Assembly: GCA_002633005.1 (NCBI GenBank)
Contig: NMRA01000039.1
Span: 658,839 to 722,838 of the forward strand
Reading direction: 5' to 3'
From: Phoronis australis
Lineage: Eukaryota > Animalia > Phoronida
DNA: 64,000 nt
Shown here: positions 12,206-26,679 of the stretch, piece after piece
Layout of the letters: the number at the start of each line of letters is the position of its first letter
Position numbering within the stretch: position 1 is the first letter of the stretch
Notes under the pieces: model-generated
Seen by the model: only the letters and a program-made list of their open reading frames with translations
Database searches by the model: none
Told to the model about the DNA's origin: nothing
Position numbers and translations under genes: made by a program

Positions 12206-14669
12206 CTGTAAAATGGCAGACACGTTTTTTACGAACTATGTTCATTATTAACACAAAGCCAGTTTGGACTGGCTAAGCTACAGTAAAAACTTTCTAGTTT
12301 GGAACAGTCCAATAATGTGGACACCAAAATTCAAGCTGAAATTGAATTTTCTTTTGATTCTGAAGATTGGGGCATGGACAAATTTGACGTTCATCATATT
12401 TCTCGAATATGAGATACAGCGTTTTGTATCAACAGAATCTGAAAATAAGACTTGCCAGTACATAAAATATGTATCTGTTGATACAACACTTTTGTTTGTC
12501 TCCATTGTGCGTAAAATTAGGGTGAGTGATCCTTTGTCATTGATAGTTATTCCTGAATTTCAGATGGCCAGCCTGTTGTTAGAATTTGGTACAAGCTCCC
12601 ATCTTAAGCGAAATAATAAATTCTCCACTTTCCCAAACTAGAGAAGTTCTAACTGTATGTGTATATCCAAATACAAATGTCATCGTGAAAAGTTTTTTTC
12701 ATTTCCATCAAGTAGAAACTTGACATTCACCTGTTAGCTTTACAATAGGTAATGTATGGACACCCACGTCAATGCGCTGTAAATGACTGAACAATCACAC
12801 TCATTACTTAATAAATGCACCTGACAATTTACTATCTTGTATTTATGGTCATATTTGTATATTTCAATAAAAAATGCAGAGATTGCAATTTTTGTCAGAG
12901 GAAATACAGTAGACTTGAGATGAATTACAAAACCAAGCTTTCATTGTCACGTGAATTTCCCAAAAGAGAGTCAACACTAAGGTAATTTACCATGTTTGAG
13001 AGATCCTAATTGTAAAATATCCTCAAGACATTTGAGCTTCCTTCATGCAGCCCACTATATATTGGTTGAATCCATAGATGACGATGAAATCAATTACTGC
13101 TTAATAACAGTTGCTTTGCGTCCAGTTTCATAAGGTTAATTAGCTTACTTCATAATTTCATATGGTGTGTGGGAAGGATGCATTGCATTAATAGCCTTAA
13201 TGCTTTTGGTCTAAAAGGGCCTTCGTACTAACTAAAATCCGGTATGAACGAAGCGTCGATGTAAACTGCAAAGTCAATTGAATCATTCATACCAGCTTCA
13301 GTAGTTAACATCATCGAAATAAACGGTAGGTGACAATGTCGTCATCGAAGTAATCACAAGGTGGCGCATCGACTTTAGTGTGAAAGGGCCTTTATGTTAC
13401 AATAAAATCTCACCACTTTCGGACACAACATGGCCAACAGCCGACATTTTATCCCCTCATTTTTCATAAAAGATACATAGCATCAAAATTAACCCTTTAC
13501 CATGTTCAAGCTTTTTATAAACACCCACATTAAAGTAAGAAGACTTTGAAGAATAAGGAAGGGTGATTTTGGCAATTGTTTTTGTCTGAAATTTGAGAGA
13601 TTTAACCGTAAATCTGACTTGAATGGTGGCCAACATTCAAAAACCTGAAAGTCCCGTTTACATAGACCAGGGTACCAGTTTAGTAAAATCAAGTCAACCA
13701 TATCCAGAATTAAACAAGTCATGTGGTGCAAATTATCATTTGGAACAAAAAAAAACACTTGGATGCAGACATAAAACTGTTTTGTTTATTTGGTTGCTCC
13801 TTTGTATTCCCTTTCTTCTGGTCTAAATAGGTCCTTGATCAAAGCATTTTTCAGTTACACATAAATATGCTCAAGCTTGACCCATTACAAAACATCACAT
13901 TTGGTTTCAACTCCATATGACAGCAATGAGTTTCTAAATGGAGGGAAGTCCACACACCAATGTTGTCTGTTGGTCCATTCAGACATTCATTTAAATCTTA
14001 AATTTCTTAATTAATCAATTAACCAATCTCGGACACTTTTTGGCAGACAAGTGAAATCTTTTTTCATGAAAGATAGGTAGAAACAAACAAACACTTAATC
14101 ATTTTCATGTCCTCTACCATAAGACAATATTTGAGAAACTGTAGGCATTCACAACTTGAGAGGCCCTTGATGAAAAATGATCAATTTTGGCATTTGTCCA
14201 AAATCGGTGAGATTTTACTACAAAGTTCATGCTTACACCACTTACGGTAAATGATCTCTGCACTGTCTGGGAATGAAGTCTAATCTTTACACTCGAAATC
14301 AAACTCAAAACTATTTTTGGCAGTTTACTTTCCACTTTTGTGTGAACTCAAATTAAGCGTCTATTATTCTGTACCCGAGCACATTGTGGTTTGTACATGC
14401 GAGTTTCTAGTCCAAGCACTTAATGACCCTTATATTCCTTCTACAAACCCCACTAAAAACTTGAAGTATCAATTGCAAATTTGAACTTTTTGTCTTAATG
14501 CCGAGTATACCAAATGCAAACATAAGCCATTTCGTACTCGAGAAAATAATAATATCTTGAGTTCGTACAGAAAGAACAGAAAATGCCAAAATACAATTTA
14601 GAGTTTGAATTCGAGTAGAAAGATTAGACCACAGGCCTAGACTGGTTCATATTCTTACTCATAACACAC

Positions 14670-14900
14670 CTGACTTCCTGTAGAACTTGACCTCGGTCTT
14701 CAGTTCTTGTTGGTTGTCCAGGGCTTCTTCTATTTCCTGTTTCTCTTTCTCCGTCGTCTCCACACCGTACAGGAACTTGCATGCACAGCTTTTAGACATA
14801 ACCTGCGCCCTCTGGTAGCCGGTGAGCTCACAAAAACCATCGGAGCAGTAAACAATCGGATACCCGACAGCCTGTGCATTGCCAAGGACGAAGTTGCTGT
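14670..14900 (-). CDS. elk: Coding exon (probably exon 2) of an Elk/KCNH (Kv12-like) voltage-gated K+ channel, PAS domain
   Basis: Translates as [76 protein letters not shown], matching the Elk-subfamily (KCNH3/4/8, Drosophila elk) PAS domain. Acceptor ttgtttacag| and donor G|gtgtgt; 231 bp, phase 1-1. Confidence 0.95.
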
Positions 14901-16143
14901 CTGTAAACAAAAACATCTTGGCTTTAAAGGAGAATGTTATGTATGCAGAAAATGACAAGTTACCCACTTCCCACATTTTGAGAACAAGTTTTCTCCACCG
15001 AAAAACGGACAATAAACTGGTACTACAAAATCTGGGACCCATATAAGTGATTACTGCTCAGAAAACAGTGAGGTGTACAAAGGTGCGTTGGACTCACTCT
15101 CATACCACACCAACTTCTCTTCAACTGTGAAAATGATTGTGGAAATTAAAAATTTTCCATTTTTCAAAGCCGATTTTGCACCACGTTAATATATAACAAG
15201 TTTTGGTTTATGTACACAGGGAAATGGACTGTTTCTAAATCTTTAGTTTTCTTGAAATTTAGTTAATAGTAGGTAATGTCACCTAAACCTGTTTTGTGGT
15301 TGGGCGGTCATGTTTATAGGTGCGCCAGTCCTATTTTCTGGTGCGGCAGTCCCATTTGATCCCCTGAGGTCCAGTTTTGGGTGAGTCGGTCCGATTTAGA
15401 GGACCGGTGGTCATGTTGTTTCTCACCCGTGATTACAGGCTGGTAGGCTCAATAAGCTGGTTCCCACCCCACTCACATTAGGTAGAGTAACTGCCAACTG
15501 ACTTCTGGTGTTTTGTATCTTTTATTACAAGAAATTACTCAACTCTCCAGGAAACTTCGGCACCAAGCTCCACTAACTCATAGGGTACTAATGTAAATCT
15601 GTCACCCCAGTAGCATGTTTCGACAAATTTATCATGTAGTCATGTTATTTTACATTTAGTGTGAAAAACAGAAGCATTTACAAATTTAAGTTTAATTTTG
15701 ACTAAGTTTCATCATTATAGACAGCAGTTAGTCAAGGTTGTGCCATCTTTTTATGTAAAAGGAATCTGAAGAAATACTTAGTCACACTTATACGTCAGCA
15801 TTTACCGTATAAGTTCTACTCTTAGGAACAAAAAATTTGCATCTGGAATTTTTTCTGTACTTCACAGGCTACCTGAATAGCCACAAATACAGTACAAGCC
15901 AAACAAATTTAGACAAAATGACCCAATCCCCGTCATGACACCTGGCCGGAAATCAAATTTAGAGTAGTCTTTTCTCATGACCCAGGATGAAGAGGAATTC
16001 AAGTCAGGGGATTAAGCTATCCTGTAATTAGAATTTTGCCAGCCTTGTAGTTATTACAAGCAATTTTTTGATCTTCACAAAATTAGCAGTCACAAATACA
16101 AAACTATATTTTGTCTGTTTACTTTTGTACTGTACAGTACTTA

Positions 16144-18566
16144 CCGTATTCGTTCGGGTTAACGCCCATGCTCAGTTAACCGCCCACCCCCTACTTTAGG
16201 TGGATTTTCGATTTAACCGCCCACTGCTCGGTTAAGCGCCCCCCTGCGATTTTTGAAGATTTCCAGTTAAGCGCCCACCTCTCGGTTAAGCGCCCATCCC
16301 CGACTTTTAAAGAATGAAGATTTAGCGCCCAGTGCTAAGGAAACGTGCGATTTCCCGACTTTTAGAAAAAGATCGATGATCACAAAGAGCGCAACGACGC
16401 CGGGCTTCCGAGACGGTGGTTTAGCAATGTGAATTACAATTCAAGTAACGAGTTATTGTCTTGGGTCATGGACTCACTTCAAAATATAATACTTGAACGT
16501 TTTTGTCACTTTATTTTCTTCCCATGTTTGCAAAGTTTAAGAACGCCGCCGGCGTCAAAACCTCCGCTTTCAGCGACTTTGTCTGCCGCGCTGAGTTTCC
16601 ATCTGTAGTGCACAAGATAAAACATATATTCGAAAAAATCAGGCCAGAGAAATGTGATAATGGTTTTGCCAACCCTCCAAATTCTATTAAGGTGGGAAGC
16701 TCTCGTATTTTGAACAAATCGCACAACTCACGGAAAGATGTCAAATTCTCAATATTTTGATGAATGTAACTGCCGGGTTATAGAGGATGTGTGGCGATCG
16801 AAGGGACAGTACAAGTTCCTTACTGGATTACCGATTTCGTTGCTGCCTATCGATTTCTGAATTCAAAGGTTGACAATAATGTATGTTTGTGTATGATCTT
16901 GAGGTAATAAAAAACTGCTAGTCAAATTTTGTTTTTCGCGTATTGCATCTCAGTCAAACTGGCGTTAGCAGATTTAACTAATGTCGCTGGCTGTTTACTA
17001 TTTCTTGCGTCAGCCCCCACGTAAGCGTGACTGTGTGAATTATCGTTTCCACATCCCCTTTTTAGCCATCCAGAATAATTTTGTTTATACATTGGCCAGT
17101 TTCAGCCTGAACAAAAATTCTTACCATTCTAGTCTGAAATATCTACGACGTAGACTGACTGAAAATTGGCGATAGTGGGTAAGAGATGCACGCAGCTAGC
17201 TACGGGCATGGGCTTAGGGAACATCGAGCCGGGAAATATCGGAATTGACTTGACATCGCAGTTTTGGGGAACATTGGCAATGGAGGAACATCGTAAAGAA
17301 TTGGGTCTTTTGTAGCAACAGCTTAAAAGTACATAGTCACGCCCGTTTTTGATACTTAGGACTGTCGCTATTCTCTTTGGCGACTTTGTTGTGGTGCACG
17401 TGCGCAAAAAGTTCCCACACTTTGGAGTGCATGTTACCTTGACACCAACATGTGATTGACAGGTGACTCACACGTAGGCCCTACGTGCGTGCTGAATCCC
17501 GCCGCTATCTTTTGCCATAAAAAAACGAGGTGCATATATCGAAAGAGGCCGTTATATTACTTGACGGCATTTATAAATCACGATTGTCAGCCGACTGAGA
17601 CATTGCGCGCTAACAGCCTGACCGAACAGTGCCGCAATGCGATTTTGCAAGTGATATAAATAGGATAATCTGGACATCCTGCATGAAAAATAAATGTTTT
17701 TCCACCACGAAGTTTGGTAAGGTGATCGTTTAAGAATGAATTGAAACATCGCTGTTTTGTGGCGTTTTATCACATATTTATGCCGTGGCTCGAAATTTTA
17801 TTGTTGATTGACGAGTGGCTCACCCCGATTCTTGTCTTAGGCCTACTTCTTTGCCGAGCATGTTTGGCACAACGGCAAGTGAGCAATGCCGGGCGGTCGA
17901 GATAAAAAAGCTAGCCGCAGAACCATACGCTGAAAATGTCATTGAGTCACGGAGTGTCGATATCCCAAACACAAAAAACATCTGAGTTAAGTTTATCAAA
18001 CTTTTATTACAACTAATTTTAAAACTGCTCTCTGACTATGAATTTGGCAGCTAGTACGAGACTGTAACCATAAATTTGATGTCTGCTGTGACCTCTGCAA
18101 CAAGTGAAGCTTGCACGCGCGCACTTTAGCAAGGTCACGTGTTGAAATATTTGCAATCCAAGTAGAGGCTGCGTGGTCTCTGGTCGTCTGCGCTGCGCAG
18201 GGCAAAGTAACAAGACCGCAGGACGCCACGGGGCTATTACTCAGTAATTCTGTAAATTTAACATTGAATAGCTAATCTGAGGGCAAGAGAATCTTTGTTG
18301 GGATCATCCGCTGTTATGACATTTTTCTCGTCATGTGGCGACGTGACGATAACGCTCTTTGAAAAGTACTATGCGTTCCGAGTACGAGGTAAGATTAACC
18401 GCCCAGGGCGGTTGCCTGTCGTAATAAGCGCCCATGTTCGGTTAACCGCCCACCCTGGATTTCTTGAAATTTCACGTTTAAGCGCCCATGTCTGGTTAAC
18501 CGCCCACCCCCGATTTTTTGGGTTTGCCAATTTAACCGCCCAGGGCGTTAACCCGAACGATTACGG
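16144..18566. mobile_element. Tc1/mariner superfamily (Tc2/pogo-like) non-autonomous element
   Basis: TA on both sides. 24-bp TIRs CCGTAWTCGTTCGGGTTAACGCCC (1 mismatch). Clusters of TTAA(C/G)CGCCC subterminal repeats at both ends. No transposase ORF. Confidence 0.85.
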
Positions 18567-21500
18567 TAAATGTTCTCGAATAAAATACAGCCAGCACACA
18601 CCAAGCTTAAGCCGTGAAATTAAACTTTCCCAAAAATTTATGGTAATGCTCCACTCAACACTTGACAACATCTACCACTTATGATATGAAATTTCTTTAT
18701 CCTCCTTTTCGTCAAAATTTTAACAAGTGAATTTCACTTCGCAGCCAGTAATGTGTGAATTGAAGAATTGTGTAATTTGATAAATTAGACAAACTAAAAT
18801 GCCACATTTGTGTGATATTGTTCCAAAATGAACATGTTTTTACCACAGTCAGACATTACACACTGACAGGTGTTGACAATATTTTCACTCAAAAATCAAT
18901 GAAAATTTCCAATCAAATCTTTTCAGCGTATTTTCAAAATAATTCAGTGTTATACTTAGTGCGTTTTTTCTGAATTTTTGCCACAACTTCGATGAAATTT
19001 GCCAGTCTTTTCTAGCTGTATGTAACCAACCATCAGATTTTATGCAGTGAAAAACTATTCGTTTAAATGCTTTTAAACAGAGGTTGGAATTTAGTGCCCT
19101 CACCTGGGCACACATCCTTACAACATCTTCGGCTGACCCCACTTTCAACCACATTCTGGACTCTAACCTTAGCAATTTTTAGTGCATGTGTTTGAAGTGA
19201 GTTATCCAGTTAGTGCGTGTTTTCCCCCATTTCCAATAAAATTTGCCTGTTGTAGGGGGTGCCCCAGAGTGCTTAGAGTTCGTATTCCGTAATAATGTTT
19301 TTTGCATCTTATGTTTTTACAGTGAGTGGCACGGGTGGTAGGAGTGGTTGGAGTTGGTCAGTCCATTCAGTTAGGTAAAATTTCACTAATTTCGTACCAA
19401 ACTGACTTCCAAAATTACCTTTTTTAACGTTTTTCATGATGGTTATGAAACACGGCTTGACTAAGGAAAGCACTAATATGGTGCAACACATATTTTGAGG
19501 AAAAAAAACACGAAAACAAAATCCCACTTGACCACAGCATGTCCTGAATTGATGAGATTTTAACCCTATAGTATTCATAGTAGCATCAGTTCAACCTAGG
19601 GCAACAGTTTTCGTGGAACTCCGATATTAATAGCCAAGAGATTGGTAGATACAATTTACTAACTGAATTTAATGCATGACCAACAGTTCATTATACAGAA
19701 TCACAGAGGAGAGATGACAATATGCCAAATACATTAACCAAAGTGACAAAGGACCTGCACCAGCAGGTTAGTTAGAGCCAAATCAATGAAACCAATAGAG
19801 CACAATTGTAGATATTTTGTGATTACTAAACTCGTCAATAGCCAGATTGTATTACGCTGGCGTCAACAAACTCGACAAAGACCGATCAATAGACAGTGAG
19901 TCAACACAGCCCCTCATAAAAAATGCATGTCACCTACTTTCATCATGAACCAAAAGTCATACATGTTCGCTTATGGCGCAGTTGTGAAAGCTGTGCGCAA
20001 TGAATCATAAAAATTCTACACTTAAGCCTCGACCATTCATAACTTTTCGTACAACCAGAAGTTATGTCAAGCCCTAGAAATCCGCAATCAAGGATTCGAA
20101 ATAAAAGAATTCCAAAAGCTATGACACAGTCGTGAAAACTGTGCACAGCCAATGTTAAAAATTCTCCAGTAAGGCTCGACCATTCATAACTTTTCTTACA
20201 ACCAGAAGCGCTAGAAATCTGCAGTCAAGGATTCAAAATAAAAGAATTCCAAAAGCAACAAATGTAGCTGTGTAAGGCATTTTAGAGTGATGTTTGTGGT
20301 TTGAAACAAAAGGTGAGAAATGGGATGAAACAAGTCTTAAATGTTCTATTTTCAGAATGACAAAAAATTAATTTCGGCATCGGGTTGAGCAATGCCAAAC
20401 CTCAAAACACTGCCTGATATTGAACAATTTTCACCTAAGAGAATAAGTCTCGCCAAATTTAGCACTGACACAGCGCTTTTTCTACCCGAAGCCCTTAAAT
20501 CATTATTTTCCAGGCAGCTGCACATCTGTCGTTTGAGCTGTTGCCCGTGTGAAATCCCAGAATTTGCGAGATTTAACATGAAAAATAGAGCACTGGAAGT
20601 AATCGTTGTGCCAACAGGAGTTGGAAGTGGTACCAGCAGACACAGAAGATACTTCATAACTCTAGTATCATCCCATTACAATTCGCATGCCAACAAAATT
20701 TGAAGAGGATCGAGCAGAGGTCTCTTTCGTGCTCCCACAACACTAAAGAGTTCTACACCATTGGTTTACTGAAATACACCAAGAAAATTGGCAAATAAAA
20801 AAATTAGGGCTTGACAACAATTGCTATTCGCACATGCAAGCTGAAATTTGTAAATGCGCACTGAGATTTTGGTCAACTTTTTAGTTTTAGGTGTGTAACT
20901 TGGAAGTACTAGCTCATGTGAGCAGAGTTTGACACTTCCTCCACAAGTGACAAAAAAAGAACCAACTGAAGGAATCTCAATTTTTTAAAAATACCCTCAC
21001 TTAGAACACTGTACTGTCAGCCTTTTTCCAGTATGCAATACCTTGCGAGACGGAACTTCTGAATGCGACCTGAATTCTGGGACTTCAGGGACTAGGGTCT
21101 GAGGTTACAAATTACAACCTGTCCATCTTCATAGCTTCAAAGACTTTGAAAATACTGAGAAACGAAGATAAGTTTATATGGCCACCGAAGTTGAAAATTA
21201 GTGTATTAAACAATTTGTCAATCAAACTTCTGATCTGAGACAGTTCTCTGAGGCTTGTACCCATAATCTATTAAATCAATGAATATTTGTCTCTGATTCC
21301 AAAGCAAGCAATTTATCTCCAATTCCAAAGTAAACAATTTGTCCGGATTTTAAAGTAAACACTTTTGTCTCTCACATCAAAGATCAAATAATTTTTTGAC
21401 AGCTCTCATTTTTATTGTGCACCTGGAAATTGTATTTAAGATGAAGACGGTGGAAAATGACAACATATCGCAGAATTTCCGAGAAATAATTCACCAACCA

Positions 21501-22052
21501 GACTGTATTGAATGAAAAACAACAATACTTTGTTCAGACTTAAATTGTGAGAATTTCAAGTTTCATGTTCAAAAAAGTGAATGAATTGATGTAATAGTTG
21601 CAATTTATGAAGACTAATTTCAAATCTCTGTATTTACAGGCGTTTTTATGCTATCTGTGAGACGCTGTTTTTTGCTACCGACGTATAGAGATAAAGCTTT
21701 GGTTCCTTGCTGCCTTCAGAAGTAACTTAAGATTTTTAGGATGTGCTGTTAGGCAGATTATCTGGTTATCTGCCTTTTGTTCATTGAAGCTCTTGTAGTA
21801 AAACAGTTCTACAGTGCCGGAAATATGGGATAAATGGTTCCTTTCAACTCTCAATTGCGTGTGTATGGTAATTCACCACTAATTAACCAAAGAAACAATT
21901 GCCAAAATTGTCATTTTTCGATTTTGCAAAGGCCGATTTCTTCGCTGCAAATAATGGAAAATCAACTAAAAATTTGTTTTACGACACAGCGCAAACCATG
22001 CTGGTAATAAAATGAAATTTCCTGAATGCTTACTTTAGTGGAGAAATTTGAC

Positions 22053-22217
22053 CAGTCATATTATACGGTACCAGATATAAGTCCACTAGTCAGTCATATT
22101 ATACGGTACCAGATATAAGTCCACTAGTCAGTCATATTATACGGTACCAGATATAAGTCCACTAGTCAGTCACATTATACGGTACCAGATATAAGTCCAC
22201 TAGTCAGTCATATTATA
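22053..22217. repeat. 38-bp minisatellite, ~4.3 copies
   Basis: Unit cagtcatattatacggtaccagatataagtccactagt. Confidence 0.95.
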
Positions 22218-23782
22218 CCATAATGGTAAAAATGTGAAGGACTATCATCCTTGCACAACATTGTTTAAAATTTTGCACAAGCATTTTATGTTTTTAGTTT
22301 TTAATTGTTTTTTCATTTATTGAAAAATATTGGCATTACTGTCATATTTTAAAACTTTCCCATAACAACCAAGGTAATTTTACAATATTGAATTGCAATC
22401 CTGTCAAATTTTACTCTTAATTTTGTTCTTACCGTGTCATTTCCAACACCCTAAGACACCTTCCTATTAGCCAGCCTGTCTTTATCATTCTTTTTCAGGT
22501 CATTTCCGCAATTTATTTTCAACATCAACAAAATCACAGATGTCCTTATTCTATAATGTCATTATCACGTCTTTTTGGCAAATTGATGAGAAGTCTCTCC
22601 ACAACCCTTTCATTGCGCAACTGCTCCACCAAAAAATATTCTCCAATCTGGACCAAATATAATGAATTAAACTAGCAAATGTCAATGTTTCAGATACTGC
22701 ACAATGCTCAAAATTTCATAAAATTTCATTGGGTGTCAGCTACGCTATATAATCTATGCTAAAAATGAATAAATTTCGCTAAATAAGTATTTTTGTTACG
22801 AAATTTGCTAGCAAAAATGAAATTCCCATCTTCCACCACACTGAGTCCGAAACAGAAGAATTTTCCCCTATCATTGGTTTCCATGGTTTTTTTCACACAG
22901 TAATCACATAGTCACAGCTATCGCATCCAGCTAGTACGCAATTATTGAATAGAACAATGCTATTGACGTCACGCTTTTTGAATCATGGCTAGGACTAGAG
23001 GTGCCATTATACTATGATGAATTAGCTCAGATTTGCAGGCATACGGGAAATATTTGATTTTCTCTGGAATATTGATGTTTCATTGTTGCTTTGAATTTGT
23101 TGTTATTCATGGTCAGTTTCTTCTGACCACACCATGCTGAAGTTGTTAATCAGGAATTTTGAGCCAATGAATAGTAGTGAATACATCAGTTCCATTCTTT
23201 TCTCCAATTCATTTGAGTACGACATCTCCAACAAGAAGAAGAGTATATTGAGCACTGCACAATAACTTGCCATTGACAGAGGAATAGGACAGTAAGAGTC
23301 AACAGATAAGACACTGACTAGAACAGAGCTACCAATTAAACGCAAGATTAACCAACATTAAAACTGCAATTAACAGTCGATTTATCTGCCAAGATTGAGG
23401 CTACCTATTGTCCTCGTCACCTAATTAGTCATCATGGAAATGTTATTTAAAAAAGAAAATGTCAAGAAATAACAATGCTCAACTAATATATATATATGAT
23501 CGTTCTTTTGTTTTTGTTCATTGACATCCTTTGAATAAGCTGAGTGAAGGCAGTTTACACTCTGTACTTATTGCATGCATGTGAACATTGTTTAAAAAGG
23601 ATTGCAGATGGTCCAATGACAGAAATGCATGTCAAGTGCAGGTTGCCTAACATTGGATCCAGTTCAGTCATGAAAAGTGACTTTAAAAGTGTATATCTTG
23701 AGACACCTTATACTTTGACTTAAGGCCACACACGCACACACGCACGCAAAAACGCACACAAGCATGCACTCACGCACACGCG

Positions 23783-24178
23783 NNNNNNNNNNNNNNNNNN
23801 NNNNNNNNNNNNNNNNNNNNNNNNNNNNNNNNNNNNNNNNNNNNNNNNNNNNNNNNNNNNNNNNNNNNNNNNNNNNNNNNNNNNNNNNNNNNNNNNNNNN
23901 NNNNNNNNNNNNNNNNNNNNNNNNNNNNNNNNNNNNNNNNNNNNNNNNNNNNNNNNNNNNNNNNNNNNNNNNNNNNNNNNNNNNNNNNNNNNNNNNNNNN
24001 NNNNNNNNNNNNNNNNNNNNNNNNNNNNNNNNNNNNNNNNNNNNNNNNNNNNNNNNNNNNNNNNNNNNNNNNNNNNNNNNNNNNNNNNNNNNNNNNNNNN
24101 NNNNNNNNNNNNNNNNNNNNNNNNNNNNNNNNNNNNNNNNNNNNNNNNNNNNNNNNNNNNNNNNNNNNNNNNNNNNNN
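23783..24178. other. Assembly gap flanked by (CA)n-type microsatellite
   Basis: Run of N with CA/CG repeats on both sides. Confidence 0.99.
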
Positions 24179-24214
24179 ACACACACACACACACACAAAT
24201 ACAAATATAAATAT

Positions 24215-24850
24215 ATACATATATACACATTTCATTGAAAAGTAAGCTGTTCTTGGCCTTAGATTGCTTGTTCAACAAACTTTCGTATTGTCTACATGAA
24301 TGTCTTTCTTCAGAGGGCAGTTGAAATAGTAGATCACTAGTGTAAGTGGCATCACGAACACAAATATATGAGTATATGTAAAATAAAACACTGTACAAAA
24401 CATTTCATAATAAAACAGTTGCTGTACTTCGACTAGACTTCAGTCATCCAAGGCAAATAAATTTGAAATCATAAACGCTATCTTGTATGATACATGAAAC
24501 TAGAACAATGCCATTAAACACGAATATAAGGTTGCATATACAAGAACGCAATTACAGAAGGAATTGTCATGGGAATTAATGTACTATAAAACATTGAAAA
24601 ATTTAATAAAACACATAGGTGTTACAACATATGGACATAATTTATATAACAACAAGGTACAATGGAACCCAGTATCTTTCATTGAAGATACCACTTTGAT
24701 CTGTTTTTACAAGTTTAATTTCAGTTCTTTCAAACTCTCAAAATAGAGATCTTGTCTTTACATCACAACAGTGCAATAAAAATCCAATCGACATCAGTGG
24801 GTTTACAAAGCGAGACTTCGAGACACATATCTCATCTTCAGGCTACTATT
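24215..24850 (-). mobile_element. Two divergent Penelope pseudo-LTR-like units in tandem
   Basis: Each unit is a hammerhead-like motif followed by a PLE N-terminus-like frame (RSLF*EFERTEIKLVKTDQSGIFNE; LLFQLPSEERHSCRQYESLLNKQSKAKNSLLFNEMC). The second runs into (TA)n/(TG)n. Confidence 0.55.
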
Positions 24851-26679
24851 TACAACTAGTTCACAGTGAAACGCACAGCAGAAATGACAAATGCAATATA
24901 ACACATGAAGTTGGCATGCGCAACTATGATGATAAAAAACACACATGTATAAATATACATACTTTGCTGTGCATCATAATGTACAGATCATCTAAATAAT
25001 GATAGTGTCCTTTGAGTTTCTACTATTCTGTGCTTCAGTACATCATGGATTAGGTGCATGATAGTCTAATTCTAGTTTGCCTGCGCATCAAAGCTGTTTC
25101 GAGTTTTTACTAGTTTATACCTCCAATTTAGGGGTCATCGAGTGCACACTTGAACTAGACACTCATAAGTTTTAACCCTAGCATACACAAGTAAAGACTA
25201 ACAGACACCTATCTTGAGTTAGCGCAAAAGTAGAACTGAAAATTTGAAAAATACTTTCATATTCAATTTTGAGTACTATGATAATATCCCTGATGCAGTT
25301 CAAAATCAGTACGACAACTTTTAGCTGAAGAGCATTATAAACGTTTAGACTTTACAAGCCAAACGCTCGGCTCATTAAAGCTCATTGGCACATAGAATGA
25401 CCGAATGTAGCATTTGTGAGTATTTCGATGAGTTAAAAACAATAAGTAAAGTTGATGGAAGGGTTGCAACAGTGTGAAGTTATAACAGCTAGTTAACACC
25501 TGTTTGAGACAGGAAAATGAACTAGGCACAAGATGATGTCGCGTACGTAAGTGACCGAAGACAAAAGTTTAACTTTTCCAACTTAAATGACACAGGTAGC
25601 GCAACTCGGAACGGATCAGTTTGGTCCACCTCAAGTGCTAGTATGAGCTGAAAGGTGGAGTGAGGAAAATCAGCCCTTAACAGTTGAGGTTACACACGAC
25701 CTTATTGACAGGCCTGCCAATTCAGCCAAATACTTACAAAATTATATATATTTTAGCTCAAATATCTACAAATTGAATGTATATTCTCTGACAGTAGAAA
25801 GCCTGCAGATTTTTAACCTTTTAACAACCTGTTAATTCATTGGGTCCTCCAAAACCTTAAGCCCTTGCAGAGCTGAAACACAACTGTAAAGCCTGCTTCT
25901 TCAGTCCAGAATTAGCAGTAATCTCACCAAAATGAAGAATGCCTTTTGAAATAAAGTGCAACAGATCGGCATGACTTTGGGCAGAAGCTTTTTGTGTTTT
26001 GTTTTCAAAAAATCACACTAGGAAAGCTAAAAGACATTTTTTTCAAAAAAAAAATAAAACTAGGAAAGCTTCAAGACATGTTCTCTGAAAGAAATGACCT
26101 CATTCTTCCGATAGACCTAACTCGACATGTTTTTCAATTAGGCACTCAGCTTCCAAACCTATGTGTCTAATCAGTATGACAGCCAACACGTTGGCCTGCG
26201 GGATATGATCAAACAGAATTTTCCATAATCTTACTGCCATGTGCCAAGCAGTCGAGAGATTTCGCATAATATCCATCCATGGGATTATATCGATTTGGAA
26301 CCAGGAGCATTTCAGACAATAAATATTTTATTAGAAGGTAGTGGGTAAATTTCATTTGCAAACTGAGTGTCTCTACTTAGCAATGTTCATAGATCAATGA
26401 ACCATTGGTGCTATGCAAACAAATATTAATGCAGTCCCACTAAAGTACAACCACAGAGAAAAATTCCATTCATGCTTCATTCCTGACACTTGGGGCAGAC
26501 CAGCAACTTGGAACATGCCAAAACAATCAAACAAATTCCTTTACTGGACATTATACCTAGTTACAGTTCATTACCTGTGGTGACTAGTCGTGACTCCAAT
26601 CTGACTCAAAACCTGGGTCAGACCAGAGAAAGAATGCAACACAAATACTATGCTTTGAATTTTCTGTCTAAGTGTGCTA

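Noticed and set aside
23103-23345. 80-aa minus-strand ORF, possible retroelement relic
   Set aside because: No diagnostic motif seen on either strand.
23664-24398. Long ORFs spanning the N-gap (also 61830-62130)
   Set aside because: Artefacts of translating N runs and microsatellite.
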